In this document: positions 27,647 through 41,489 of the stretch, in pieces
Position numbering within the stretch: position 1 is the stretch's first letter
Layout of the letters: every line of letters begins with the position of its first letter
Assembly (NCBI RefSeq): GCF_009914755.1
Contig: NC_060930.1
Length of the DNA stretch: 64,000 nucleotides
Origin: the human T2T-CHM13v2.0 reference genome, Homo sapiens
Reading direction: 5' to 3' (one strand)
The notes under the pieces: model-generated
Seen by the model: the letters and a program-made list of their open reading frames with translations, nothing else
Databases searched by the model: none
Told to the model about the DNA's origin: nothing
Made by a program: the position numbers and the translations under genes

Positions 27647-28383
27647 CAGTATTCCTCCCCTGATCCCTGTTTATTCCAGAGTATATGGTCCAAGACCCCC
27701 AGGGGATAACTGACATCTCATATAGTATGATACCAAACCCGATGGCCATCAGTCAGAACTAATTTCTGTTCAGATTTTCCATATGTTTAATTCCTTTTCC
27801 TTCCTAAGCATTGATCACGTCCTGTGGCCATAACTTTTGAAGTTTGAGGTAGGAGGTAAGCTAGCATGAATTTCTTTGTACTTCTTCACAATTTCATGAA
27901 GAGAAGATTCATTCTTACTGTAGATCTTAACAGCGTAAGTATATGATTTTTTTTTCTTTATTAAGTCGAGAGCTTTCACCTTTTCACTTAAAGGAGGCAC
28001 TTTATGGCTTCTCTTTAGCACATCCAAATTGCCAGGATCATTACTCTTGCACTTTGGGCCCATTATTGAATGAAACAAGGGCTACTTGAGCACAAGACTG
28101 TGATACCAAGAGAGTGGATCAGATAATCTAGATGGCTACCAACTAACTAACAGGCAGCATCTACAGTGTGGATATACCGGACAAAGGGATGAGTCACGTG
28201 CCTGGTGGGAAGGAGAGGGACAGCACAGGATGGTGTGACATTTCATCACACTATGCAGAATGGCTTGCAATTTAAAACTGATGAGTTATTTCTGGAATTT
28301 TCCATTTAATATTTTTGGACCATGATTGCCCACAGGTAACTGAAATCACAAAAAGCAAAACCGCAGATAAGGGAAGACTACTG
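27647..28383 (-). mobile_element. MER44C/D (Tigger7 deletion derivative) with the transposase N-terminus
   Basis: TA|cagtattcctcccctgatcc...gataagggaagactactg|TA (TIRs and TA TSD); ORF 27815..28078 has KRSHKVPPLSEKVKALDLIKKKKSY...KIYSKNESSLHEIVKKYKEI, a pogo/CENP-B-type HTH. Confidence 0.9.
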
Positions 28384-28929
28384 TAATTCCTTTCTTGGTG
28401 GTTCTAGGCCTCCACCTCCCAGAGATCACCATGCCCAGAGCCCTGGTTTCTTCTTCTCCAGAGGTCTTTATGATGCCCTGAGCAAGCTTCCATCATGGCC
28501 TGCATGTAAAGTTGCCCCTAGGCAACTTTTTGATCACTATGAGTTGATCATAATATAATAGGGACTAATAGGTAAAAAAGACGTGAGATCAATATTAAAG
28601 AAGATATTTCTCATGGTGACATCTGTCCAAAGATAAACTATTAAGCTACTTGTTGATTTTCTAAGTCTCTTGGTCTTGGAAGAGTCACATAGATTTTGAG
28701 ACCGTTCATCAGGGGTGTCATATCAAATATTCAAATACTTGCCAGGGATGATTTGATTCATAGATTCGTAAGAACTCCTTAGTCCAACAGACAAAACACA
28801 AGTAGAACACTTGAAGTTAAACCTTTTCTGAAGATTTTTTCTTATAAAGTTTGTAGGTCTCTATGTCTACAATGACCTTATTTTTTCCAAAAAAGTCATC
28901 AGCAGTTTTTTAAATACAGGATAGAAATA

Positions 28930-29555
28930 TTACTGCAGCCAGAGTGATATTTTTGAAATGCAAATTTGAATAGATCACCACATCCAGATTAAATATTTCA
29001 GACTATCCATTTCCTTCTATAATTAAAGAAAACAATCTTAGCAAAAGTTCTGCTGTAGGGCCCTACCTATATTTCCAACTCTTGATCTCATGAAGCTTCT
29101 TAATATCTATGTTCCAACCATTCCTTACTACCTTTATTTTTGTATACATTATGCAGCTGCTTCTACCACAGGGCCTTTGCAATTGCTCCTACCACAGGGC
29201 TGCTGCCTAGAATACATTCTCCTACCATTTTTCTCTAGATTATTACTATTCCTTCTTCATATCTGAACCCAATTATCATTTACTCAAAGTTCTTCCTGAT
29301 CTTTTTGACAATGTCAAATTCTTTTATTGTATTCCACTATAGTGCCTGCACTTTTCCTTCATGGCACTTATCAAAATTGTACTGTCATGTAATAGTGGTA
29401 TGATCACTTAATTAATGTCTGCCTCTTACCATTTGAACTATAAACTCCACAAGGGCAAGGGCAGAATCTGTTTTCATGATTTATTCCCCTAAACTGGGAC
29501 TGGAAATATTATTGAAATTCTTAAATAATTTTTAAAAGAGTGAATGAAAGAATGG
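28930..29555 (+). mobile_element. L2 3' portion
   Basis: actgcagccagagtgatatttttgaaatgcaaat...cagggcctttgca...tataaactccacaagggcaagg...gagtgaatgaaagaatg. Confidence 0.8.
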
Positions 29556-30397
29556 TTCATTATACCTAAGAATAGAATCCCACTCATATTCCTTTTTAAA
29601 TTTGTGGTTTCCTTTATTACAAAAAACTAGAGAGATTTCATTTAGCTCTGTATTTAATCAGAAGTTAGATAAGTAGCTGCCTGTGTGGTAACATTTCAAC
29701 AAGGTCCTAATTCTTCTCTCTCTCCCCTCTGGCTGTTGGTTTAAATTCTAATTGGATAAATCTTCTTTACTTTAGTCTAAGGTTCTAAGCTCTATTAGGT
29801 TGAAATTCCTGTGAGGCAAGGGAAAGTTTGGCTTTATTGGGAGATTGCTGCTTAACTGGAGACAGCCTCACTGGGATAACCAGACGGGCCTTTAGTTCAG
29901 CTGTGGGTTGTTGCCTTTAAACTATTAACTTATAACACCTAAATCAATGTTTAAAATAACCTTATGTTGTCACTTATTTATTTACTTTATTATATATCCC
30001 AAATTAGAGAAGGCTTGGGCAGTGCTTGAATTCTGAAAGGGTCTTTCTGGGAAGCAAAGCTATAAAGGGATGCGGAAACGGCATGAGGCTCCTGGGTAGC
30101 CACAAGACCCTGGGGTAGGTGAAGAAGGATGTGTGTAAGACATGCTTTGTCATAGTCACAATTTTTTAGGGGCCATGAATCACTCATGTTGCTTTAAGTA
30201 AGGTGCTCCTTTATCCCTTACGTTTCCAGAGTAGCTTCCAGAATGAGAAAAGGATGACAAAAGGTCTCGCAAGTTCTGTGTTAGCAATTCATGTGTGATA
30301 TCCTAGACTTCATGTACATGGAGACTACTTTACCCAATTAATGACTGAGCTAATTCATGAAATAGTAATAATGATAAAACTTCAATGTTTAATCTGT

Positions 30398-30796
30398 TTG
30401 ATGCAGGACAGGTTCTTGGCTTCACTGGGGAAGAAATTCAAGAGCAAGCTGCTGGTAGAAGAAAACAGCTTTATTGAAGCAGTAGCAATGTTTACAGCTC
30501 TGTGACTGCTCCTGCAGAGCAGAGCTACCCCATAGGCAGCGTGCCCAGAGTAGCAGCCTAGGGGAAGTTTTGCAGTTGTATTTATACCCACTTTTAATGA
30601 CATGCTAATTAAGGGGCAAATTATTCAGAAATAGCTAGAAAGTGGGCGGTAACTTCTGGGTGTTGTCATGGCAATGGTAAACTGTCATAACACTGGTGGG
30701 TATCTTATGGAGGGGTGCTTTTGGTGCCTCTTTTTAGTTTCAGCCAGTCTTCAGTCTGGTCCAGAGTAGAATCCCACCTGCCTGCCTCCTACCTCC
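30398..30796 (-). mobile_element. ERV1 solo LTR, MER66-like
   Basis: ttcttggcttc...gaagaaaacagctttattgaagc...ctgctcctgcagagcagagctaccccataggcag...tatttatacccactttta. Confidence 0.75.
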
Positions 30797-32029
30797 ATAT
30801 TTGCTCGATGCCAATTTTGTAATGTTTCTAGAGTCCATTGTGTTCTTTCTTAGTAGAAAAGATGACAGATATTAGATGATTTTTGTTCATTCACATTTAA
30901 CAGAATTGGAGATGCAGAAGGATAGAATGTGCTAGTTTTATGTATTATGTAAATCATAAATGTAAACATTTTTACATACATATTTATTTATTACATAGTT
31001 ATGCATTCCTGCATTCCTTTAGTCATGAAAGTTCAAGGTAAATAATGTAGGATATTTGCTCTATTATGTTTCTCCTCTGAAGATTACATGATCATATAAA
31101 CCTTGTTGCTTTTATTTAGCTGATGGATAAACTACAGTAGAGTAATTTGGAAAGTGGCCCTATATTGTGTATTATATGGATTGAAAGCTTCATCATGTCT
31201 ATCACTGCCTCTGGAATTCAGTTGTAGAGAATATAGTCACCTGAGGGCCCTTGTTGGAATAGTTTTGTTATCTATGGTGTGATATAAACCTACCACTACA
31301 TATTTCTTTTTCTGTTTAGTTGTTTTTAGGGCATTATTTATTTTGCAATACATTTTCTGGTAGCAGTGAAGTAAAAAATGCATTTTTTAGGAAAATTAAA
31401 GTTTCATCCTCACTTCTTTCATTTGTTGCATCATTTTGTCGTCTGCCTTCTGTAGGGAATGTGAAGGTCAGGTGGCTCTTTCACTTGCATTGTAACAATT
31501 CGTTTGTTTCTTTCAATTATTATAAATTCATTCTCAGAGAAGGAATGCAAGGGATCACAGTTAAGATGATAAAAATAATAGATCTCCAAGCAGGTTGTGT
31601 TAGTTTTTATATCTACATGAAATTACTTTTTTGGTATTGATTATATTCTTACTGCTCAGAAATAAACTACCCTCTTCCCAATCCAAGTTTGGAGAATAAT
31701 TTTCTTTTCATTCTCACCTCTACAAATACAACTTGTTTGTGCAATCAAATTCTAAGGCAAATCTCACAATGTAATGTGTGAGTATAGACAAGTCCTGCTG
31801 AGACAAGAGAATGTTTTGGTTTTTTAAGTCTCACTAAGCTAAGAAAGTCTTCTTTTTCTTGTCTTCTTTCTAAATTTTTCTTTTACATACCCTACTAAAT
31901 ACACAGATGCATTAACTTAAGATGACTTGATAATCTCCACACCATTTATAGAGAAAAATAAATTAAACAAAAAAATTTCAAAAAAGAGTAGGCTAGAAGA
32001 GTATTACACTTATTTTGTGATGTATATTG

Positions 32030-32090
32030 CAGTAATAATAAGAGCTAACATTTATAGGGCACTTACTGTGTGCCTGGCAGTTCTAGCATC
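32030..32090 (-). mobile_element. MIR fragment
   Basis: aataagagctaacatttatagggcacttactgtgtgcctggca. Confidence 0.6.
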
Positions 32091-34174
32091 TAACACTGTA
32101 TATAAAATATTCATATTTAATGAAGTTTTATTACGATGTATATTAAAACAATCCAGGGTGTATTTGTTATTCCTCCACTTTGTATCCCCAGTACCTGCTA
32201 TGATCTCACCTAGTAGTGAGGACCACGTGCAAGGAACAGAGTTCTCAATGTAACACCAGGTTAAATTTAAAAGATGACCAGTGATAATCTATCTCTCTTT
32301 TCTTGCCCCTTTCTGGATAAAAGGTAATGCCTCTCTTCCAAGTTTTGTATACAACTACTTGTTAATAAAACAAAGTAACTGAACATGAAAGAGCTAGAAA
32401 CAAGTAACTATCATTGAGTAAGTTGCTAGTAATACAAGTACGAGGCATTACTGCTTTTGACAGTCATTAATTTACTAGCCAGTGGTGCCAAGACCCACCC
32501 CATAGCCTATCGAGTAACCTGTGTGATGTGTGAAGCCATGATGCTGCAAACTATTCGAACTGGTGGGAAATGTGGGGAATTACAGGTTAGATACCGGTGA
32601 AATATTGGTAGAAAAGAGTGCCTTTGGAGTTTGTTTGCAGAGATTACAGTCAACTGAAGGCTCCTGGTGGAATGGTTTTGTAACTTACTATGTAATGCAA
32701 ACCTACAGCCGTTTATTTCTTTTTCTATTTAGTTGTTTGTAGGACATTTTTGTTTTTATTTTGCAATACACTTTTGGGCACCAGGGAAGTAAAAAATAAT
32801 GCATTTAATGAAAAATTAAATATTAAATCTAATATTTCTCAAGAAAGTATATAAGATCTCAAATTTCCACAAAATATATTTCATCACAAAGTGCTCCATG
32901 GAGGTGATAATGATATTATTGACCATGTGACCAAAAGACACAAATTAATGAAGTGTCAACATCTTTTTTAAAAGTTAATAGTTTTTTTAATAACTGCACC
33001 TGAAGACAATGACTGCATTAAAAAAAGTTCTAAATTAATTTTACTTTTGAATTTATATTTGTATTTGAATCTAAATTTTCTTGGAGTCATAAAAAAGTAA
33101 AGCCATAGTGTCATCATGTAGACTTTATTATCAGATAAATAAATTTGTAAGCAGTTAAATAACAGGTTTCTATCAGTACCATCAGATGTTTCAAATAAAA
33201 AGTTGACTAAAGTCATTTAATAGTAATTTTATATTTTTCATTAAATTTGTATCATTAAAGAGAAGTTTGGGAAGTTCATTCTACTGTGATAAAATAGTTG
33301 ATATGAATTAAATTTTCAAAGCCAGTAAAAAGTTCAACATTGAACTTAAATTTATTAGCTTCATCATAATAGTACAAATGCAAATTTTGGTAAAGTATGA
33401 TAACAAATTACTTTTTAAATTAGGAAACTTATGGAGTAAAGTAATATTTGGTTATGGTGCATACATAATTGCAATGTACTAATTCCATCTAAGTAAGTTT
33501 TAATATTTGAACAAAATAAATGGGAGTTGGCAATGTACAAAGATACAAATATTTTAAAATATAGAGTAACTAAACCATGCATTATCAAAATTAAAAAGTT
33601 TGACTCAACAACAACAAAAACTTTAACATGGCACTGTATGACTTTTGTTTTTGTTACTCATCAGCATTTGAATTTTAGAAATGTTTGAGCCTTTGAAGGA
33701 CTACTTTATAAATCAATCTAAGTATCCTGCAATAACATTGAAGATTTTTGTTGCTTTTTTCAAGGTCAATTGAGAATTTTTAGTCAAAGTATTTGATAAA
33801 TGGGGTACCAAAACTTTTTAGCTTTTGAAATTTTAAGTAATGTTTTCAAATGTAATGTCTCTAAAAAAAAAAAAAAAAAAAAAGCAAGAGGGAGAGCCAA
33901 ACAAATTAAACAACTGGACCTCTTCAGAAGATTTATTTGGAAATCTGTAATTGCTTGGAATATCTTAATTTGCAGGCTGAATCATTTAATAAAACTTATC
34001 TTTTTATTTAGAGAATGTTATAGCTATTTTGAAGTGGAAAAAATAGAAAAGAATCTAAAAGTGTAGCACTTTAATTAAACTAGTCAAATGTTCTAAAAAT
34101 AGAAGCAAGTTATCTGATGTATGTGTTGTCCTATAAAAAATATTTTTTGAATGCCTCAATGAAAAGACACAGGC

Positions 34175-34208
34175 CTAAAACTTAAAGTATAATTAAAAAA
34201 AAAAAAAA
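34175..34208 (+). mobile_element. Ultra-truncated young L1 3' tip with poly(A)
   Basis: ctaaaacttaaagtataatt + A14 between 14-bp direct repeats gaaaagacacaggc (34161-34174, 34209-34222). Confidence 0.9.
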
Positions 34209-35982
34209 GAAAAGACACAGGCTGGCAAACTGGATAAAGAGTCAAGACTCATTGGTGTGCTGTATTCAGGAGACCTATCTCACGTGCAAAGACACACATG
34301 GGCTCAAAATAAAGGGATGGAGGAAGATTTACCAAGCAAATGGAAAGCAAAAAAGCAGGGCTTGCAATCCTAGTCTCTGATAAAACAGACTTTAAACCAA
34401 AAAAGTTCAAAAAAGATAAAGAAGGGCATTAAATAATGATAAAGGGATCAATGCAACAAGAAGAGCTAAACATCCTAAATATATATGCACTTGATACACG
34501 AGCACCCCTATTCATAAAACAAGTTCTCAGAGACATACAAAGAAACTTAGACTCCTACACAATCATAATGGGAGACTTTAACACCCCACTGTCACTATTA
34601 GACAGATCAACGAGACAGAAAATTAATGAGGATATTCAGGACTTGAACTCAGCTCTGGACAAGCGGACCTAATAGACATATACAGAACTCTCCACCCCAA
34701 AGCAACAGAACATACGTTCTTCTCAGCACTACATAGCACTTATTCTAAAATCGACCACATAATTGGAAGTAAAACACTCCTCAGCAAATGCAAAATAACA
34801 GAAAGCATAACAGTCTCTCAGACCTTGGCAAAATCAAATTAGAACTAAGGATTAAGAAACTCACTCAAAACTGCACAACTCCATGGAAACTGAACAGCCT
34901 GCTCCTGAATGACTACTAGGTAAATAATGAAATTAAGGCAGAAATAAATAAGTTATTTGAAACCAATGAGAACAAAGAGACAATGTACCAGAATCTCTGG
35001 GACACAGCTAAAGCAGTGTTAAGAGGGAAATTTATAGCACTAAATGCCCACATCAGAAAGTGGGAAAGAACTGATATTGACAACCTAACATCACAATTAA
35101 AAGAACTAGAGAAACAAGAGCAAAAAAATTCAAAAGCTAGCAGAAGACAAGAAATAACTAAGACCAGAGCAGAACTGAAGGAGATAGAGACATGAAAAAC
35201 TGTTCAAAAAATCAGTGAATCCAGGAGATGGTTGTTTTGAAAACATTAAAAGTATAAATAGACCGCTAGCCAGACTAATAAAGAAAAAAAGAGAAAAGAA
35301 TTGAATAGACACAATAAAAAATGATAAACGGGATATCACAACTGATCCCAAAGAAATACAAAGTCCCATCAGAGAATACTACAAATACCTCTACTCAAAT
35401 AAACTAGAAAATCTAGAAGAAATGGATAAATTCCTGGACACATACACCTTCCCAAGACTAAACCAGGAAGAAGTCGAATCCTTGAATAGACCAATAACAA
35501 GTTCTGAAATTGAGGCAATTAATAGCCTACCAACCAAAAAAAGGCCAGGACCAGATGGATTCACAGCTGAATTCTATCAGAGGTACAAAGAGGAGCTGAC
35601 ACCATTCCTTCTGAAACTATTTCAAACAATAGAAAAAGTGGGACTCCTACTTAACTCATTTTATGAGGCCAGCATCATCCTGATTACAAAACCTGGCAGA
35701 GACACAACAAAAAACGAAAATTTCAGGCCAATATCCCTAATGAACATCGATGCAAAAATCCTCAATAAAATACTGACAAACCGAATCCAGCAGCACATCA
35801 AAAAGCTCATCTACCATGATCAAGTCGGCTTCATCCCTGGGAAGCAAGGCTGGTTCAACATATGCAAATCAATAAACGTAATCCATCACATAAACAGAAT
35901 CAGTGACAAAAACCACATGATTATCTGAATAGATACAGAAAAGGCCTTCAATAAAATTCAACACCCCTTTAACTCTCTATAA

Positions 35983-36075
<93 letters not shown>

Positions 36076-36515
36076 TAAAAGCTGGAAGCATTCCCTTTGA
36101 AAACCAACATAAGACAAGGGTGCCCTCTCTCACCACTCTTATTCAACATAGTTTTGGAAGTTCTGGCCAGGGCAATCAGGAAAGAGAAAGAAATAAAGGG
36201 TATTCACATAGGAAGAAAGGACGTCAAATTGTCTGTTTGCAAATGACATGATTGTATATTTAGAAAACCCCATTGTCTCAACCCAAAAACTCCTTAAGCT
36301 GATAAGCAACTTCAGCAAAATCTCAGGATATAAAATCAATATGTGAAAATCACAAGCAGTCCTATACACCAATAATAGACAAGGAGAGAGCCAAATCATG
36401 AGTGAACTTCCATTCACAATTGCCACAAAGAAAATAAAATACCTAGGAAAACAATTTACAATTAATGTGAAGGACCTCTTCAAGGAGAACTACAAACCAC
36501 TGCTCAAGGAAATAA

Positions 36516-36674
<159 letters not shown>

Positions 36675-37389
36675 TAAATTTCATATGGAACCAAAAAAGA
36701 GCCTGTATAGCCAAGACAATCCTAAGCAAAAAGAACAAAGCTGGAGGTATCATGCTACCTGACTTCAAACTATACTACAAGGCTACAGTAACCAAAACAG
36801 CATGGTACTGGTACCAAAACAGATACATAAACCAATGCAACAGAACAGAGGCCTCAGAAATAACATTACACATCTACAACCTTCTGATCTTTGACAAATC
36901 TGACAAAAACAAGCAATGGGGAAAGATTTCCCTATTTAATAAATGGTGCTGGGAAAACTGGCTAGCCACATGCAGAAAACAGACACTCAACCCCTTCCTT
37001 ATGTCTTATACAAAAATTAGCTCAAGATGGATTAAAGACTTAAATCTAAAACCATAAAAACCCTAGAAGGAAACCTAGGCAGTACTATTCAGGACATAGG
37101 CATGGGCAAAGACTTCATGATTAAAACAATAAAAGCAATTGCAACAAAAGCCAAAATTGACAAATGAGATCTAATTAAACTAAAGAGCTTCTGCACAGCA
37201 AAAGAAACTAGTATCATAGTGAACAAGCAACCTACAGAATGGGAGAAAACTTTTGCAACCTATCCATCTGACAAAGGTTTAATATCCAGAATCTACAAAG
37301 AACTTAAACAAATTTACAAGAAAAAAACAACCCCATCAAAAAGTGGGTGAAGGATATGAACAGACACTTCTCAAAAGAAGACATTTATG

Positions 37390-38178
37390 CAGCCAAAAAA
37401 CACATGAAAAAATGCTCATCATCACTGGCCATCAGAGAAATGCAAATCAAAACCACAATGAGATACCATCTCACACCAGTTAGAATGGCAGTCATTAAAA
37501 AGTCAGGAAACAACAGGTGCTGGAGAGGATGTGGAGAAATAGGAACACTTTTACACTGTTGGTGGGACTGTAAACTAGTTCAACCATTGTGGAAGTCAGT
37601 GTGGTGATTCCTCAGGGATCTAGAACTGGAAATACCATTTGACCCAGCCATCCCATTACTGGGTATATACCCAAAGGACTATAAATCATGCTGCTATAAA
37701 GACACATGCACACGTATGTTTATTGCGGCATTATTCACAATAGCAAAGACTTGGAACCAACCCAAATGTCCAACAATGATAGACTGGATTAAGAAAATGT
37801 GGCACATATACACCATGGAATACTATGCAGCCATAAAAAATGATGAGTTCATGTCCTTTGTAGGGACATGGATGAAATTGGAAATCATCATTCTCAGTAA
37901 ACTATCTCAAGAACAAAAAACCAAACACCGCATATTCTCATTCATAGGTGGGAATTGAACAATGAGATCACATGGACACAGGAAGGGGAATATCACACTC
38001 TGGGGACTGTTGTGGGGTGGGGGGAGGGGGGAGGGATAGCATTGGGAGATATACCTAATGGTAGATGGTGAGTTAGTGGGTGCAACGCACCAGCATGGCA
38101 CATGTATACATATGTAACTAACCTGCACAATGTGCACATGTACCCTAAAACTTAAAGTATAATAAAAAAATATATTAA
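37390..38178 (+). mobile_element. L1PA2-like 3' fragment nested in the older L1
   Basis: 3'UTR gagatcacatggacacaggaaggggaatatcacactctgggg...taactaacctgcacaatgtgcacatgtaccctaaaacttaaagtataat; 17-bp TSD aaaagaagacatttatg at 37373-37389 and 38179-38195. Confidence 0.92.
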
Positions 38179-39724
38179 AAAAGAAGACATTTATGTGGCT
38201 AGCAAACATATGAAAAAAAAGCTCATCATCACTAGTCATTAGAGAAATGCAAATCAAAACCACAATGAGATACAATCTCACACCAGTTAGAATGGCAATC
38301 ATTAAAAAGTCTGGAAACAACAGATGCTAGTGAGGATGTAGAGAAATAGGAATGCTTTTACACTGTTGGTGGGAGTGTAAATTAGTTCAACCATTGTGGA
38401 AGACAGTACAGTGACTCCTCAAGGATCTAGAACCATAAATACCATTTGACCCAGCCATCCCATTACTGGCTATATACCCAAGGGATTATAAATCATTTTA
38501 CTATAAAGACACATGCACACGTATGTTTACTGCAGCACTATTTACAATAGCAAAGACTTGGGACCAACCCAAATGCCCGTCAATGATAGACTGGATAAAG
38601 AAATTGTGACATATATACACCATGGAATACTATGTCGCCATAAAAAATGAGTTCATGTCCTTTGCAGGGGCATGGATGAAGCTGGAAACCATCATCCTCA
38701 GCAAACTAACACAGCAACAGAAAACCAAATACCACATGTTCTCACTCATAAGTGGGAGTTGAACAATGAGAACAGATGGACACAGGGAAAGGAACATCAC
38801 ACACTGGGGCCTGTTGGGAGATGGGGGAAAAGGGGAGGGAGAGCATTAGGACAAATACCTAATGCATGCGGGGCTTAAAACCTGGATGATGGATTGATAG
38901 GTGCAGCAAACCACCGTGGCACATGTATACCAACGTAACAAACCTGCACGTTCAGCATATGTATCCCAGAAGTTAAAGTGAAATCAGTCAATCAATCAAT
39001 CAATAAGAAAGTTACCCTGAATGCACACCTAAAATCAGTATTTGTCAAAATAGTTGTTCTAAAATAAATACACATTTTAATGCAAAACATGTAGTCTTGA
39101 GACTATTCTTCATTTAACAGAATTTGTCCCAAGCATGTCAGGCATGTCAACATCTATGAAGAAAAATTTTTACAATTACAATTTATATGAACTATAGAAA
39201 AAAATGAATGAAAGGCATTAACAATTTTATCCAAAATTTAAACGTAATCATATCAAATAAAAGTATATTTTTCAAAAAAACTTAAGTGGAATGATATTGG
39301 ATAAAATATGTGAGTGTATCAAGAATAGTTATTTTGCTTAATGTTTATGTTTAAATAATAAATATAAAAAGTTTTTAAATTTTGATATAGTGTACATGAA
39401 TATTTATAATTTTTAAACAATTTTTCTAGAAATAATTTCATTTTTAAAATGATTTCTAAATAGTACCACTTTATAGGGACCCACAATATAATGAAATCCT
39501 TTTGTGTGTCAATTTATAAACATTTAAAACATTTTTATAATTTCTATATTTAGCTCCCTTTTCACAATCAAAAGTGTCTCATTTTCAGTGGTAAATAACA
39601 TACTCTTTCTACTTACATCTTTATTATTATTCCCACTTTACACACGAGACACTTACTTTCTTGCCCAATGTCAAACTAGTCCGTGGCAGGCTAATTGGAG
39701 TTTGAACTTCTATTACTGGAACTC

Positions 39725-39850
39725 AATTTTCATTCATTTTTCCACTCATTATTCATTTATTCAACCAATGAATGTTCAATAGCACATTCATTAATGCCAA
39801 CTTTGTACAAAATGAGGGAGACACACAGCATAGAAAAAGATGGCAAGGAA
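39725..39850 (-). mobile_element. L2 3' fragment
   Basis: ttcattcat...ttcatttattcaaccaatgaatgttcaatagcac. Confidence 0.45.
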
Positions 39851-40192
39851 TACAGTGATTAATTGTTCATGTATAACTGCCCCCTCTAGAAGCCTCATCA
39901 GATATGGCAGTGGTCAGAGGTGCCCACTGAGCTGGCCCCGAGCAGCACACTTTAGAGGAGTTAAAGGATAAACGGTAGTAACTTGTGGTGTATCAGCCAC
40001 TGGAAGAAACACAGCTATTGAACTAAATAAGGCCTATTTGGTGGCCTCCAGTCGTCATCTAGAATATGAATGATACCAGCAAGGAATAATCACTTCCATC
40101 CTCATTTTTTATCTGTCAACAGAGTGAGGCATAGGATACTTTTACTCAAAATTTCTGTGGGCAAAGAGAGTAGTGATAACCTAAGAGGTGAC

Positions 40193-40965
40193 TGTGACAT
40201 TTTGATATCATGAGTGATGTTAATGTATGGTTGGTCTTTGTCCCTGCTTTCTGGCACAGAGCTCCTAAAACCCTTGGAATTTCCCAAGTGGGAGGGGCAT
40301 CTTTTGTTCACAAGAGGAGACTCTTGGCAGGCCTCTAGATAGCTTCAGAATGGGAGGTGTAACTTTTAGCCCCACTCCTTTAACTCCTGGGGAGGGGAGA
40401 GAGGCTGAAAACTGAGTTTACAATCAACCATGCCTACATGATGAAACCCACATAAAAAACTCCTAAAGTACTGGGTCCAGGGAGCTTCCGGGTTGATGAA
40501 CAAAATCCTTGTGCCAGGGATGGCGGGCTGTGAACCCCAATTCCATGGGGACAGAAGCTACTGTGATTGGGACCATTCTGGACCTCATTCTATATACATT
40601 TTCATTGGGCCTTTCATTTGTATTCTTTATAATATCCTTTATTATAAACTAGTAATAGTAAGGTAAAGTGTTTTCCTGAGTTCTGTGAACCATTACAACA
40701 AATTATCAAACCCAAGGAAGAGGTCACAGCTGATTTATTGCTGGTTGGTCAGAAATATGGGATGCCCAGGACTTGCAGTTGGCATTTAAGTAGAGGCAGC
40801 ATTGTAGGACTGAACCCTTAACTGGAGGGGTCTGCACTAATTCTGGGTAATGGGTGTAAGAATTAGTTGAATACCCAGCTGGTGTCAGGAAAGTTGGAGA
40901 ATTAGTTGGTGTGGGATGAAAACCCCATACATTTGGTGTTAGGAGTGTAGTGAGTAGAAACAGAT
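40193..40965 (+). mobile_element. MER21B/C-like LTR
   Basis: ctggcacagagctcctaaaacccttggaatttcc...ggagcttccgggttgatgaac...gtgttttcctgagttctgtga...cccagctggtgtcag. Confidence 0.8.
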
Positions 40966-41489
40966 TATAGTGACCTATTAGAGTTATTTTCATCTCAGAA
41001 AACTTGCATGAAGAAGGGGGAGCTTATACAAAAATAAAGAATAACAACATATAACTTCATCATCTACTTCAAGGAACAAAGATGGCATAGAAAAAAGATT
41101 TATACCTTTTCTCCCCCACATACATTTTGTAAACCGTATAGACTTCTTATGAATTAATGATAGCATAATAATATATATAATTAGCATTTTTTCAATTTTG
41201 GGGAATATTGATTATGAGTAGTTAGGGTACTCTAGAAAGCAGATACTTAAAACAATTTTTTCTCAGGACAGGTCTTTGAACTATAATTTTGATGAATAAT
41301 TTTATTAGGATAGATACAGAAACAAATAATAGTTTTACTGAGGTTTCTGTTGTTCACCCTAGTACTGTAGTATGTACTCCTTTGAAATTTATTTGAATTC
41401 ACATGAAATTAATTTGAGTGAATTAACTGAAATAAAACTTGTCTTTTACCGTAATAGCCAATAAGAAATATAGTATTAACAATAGACCC

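Noticed and set aside
33863-33883. Orphan poly(A) tracts (also about 5651-5668 and 21726-21741) as possible retrocopy tails
   Set aside because: No flanking TSD or upstream retroposed body is recognisable.
38003-38036. G-quadruplex-forming G runs (also 51158-51181)
   Set aside because: This is the standard G-rich tract of the L1 3'UTR.
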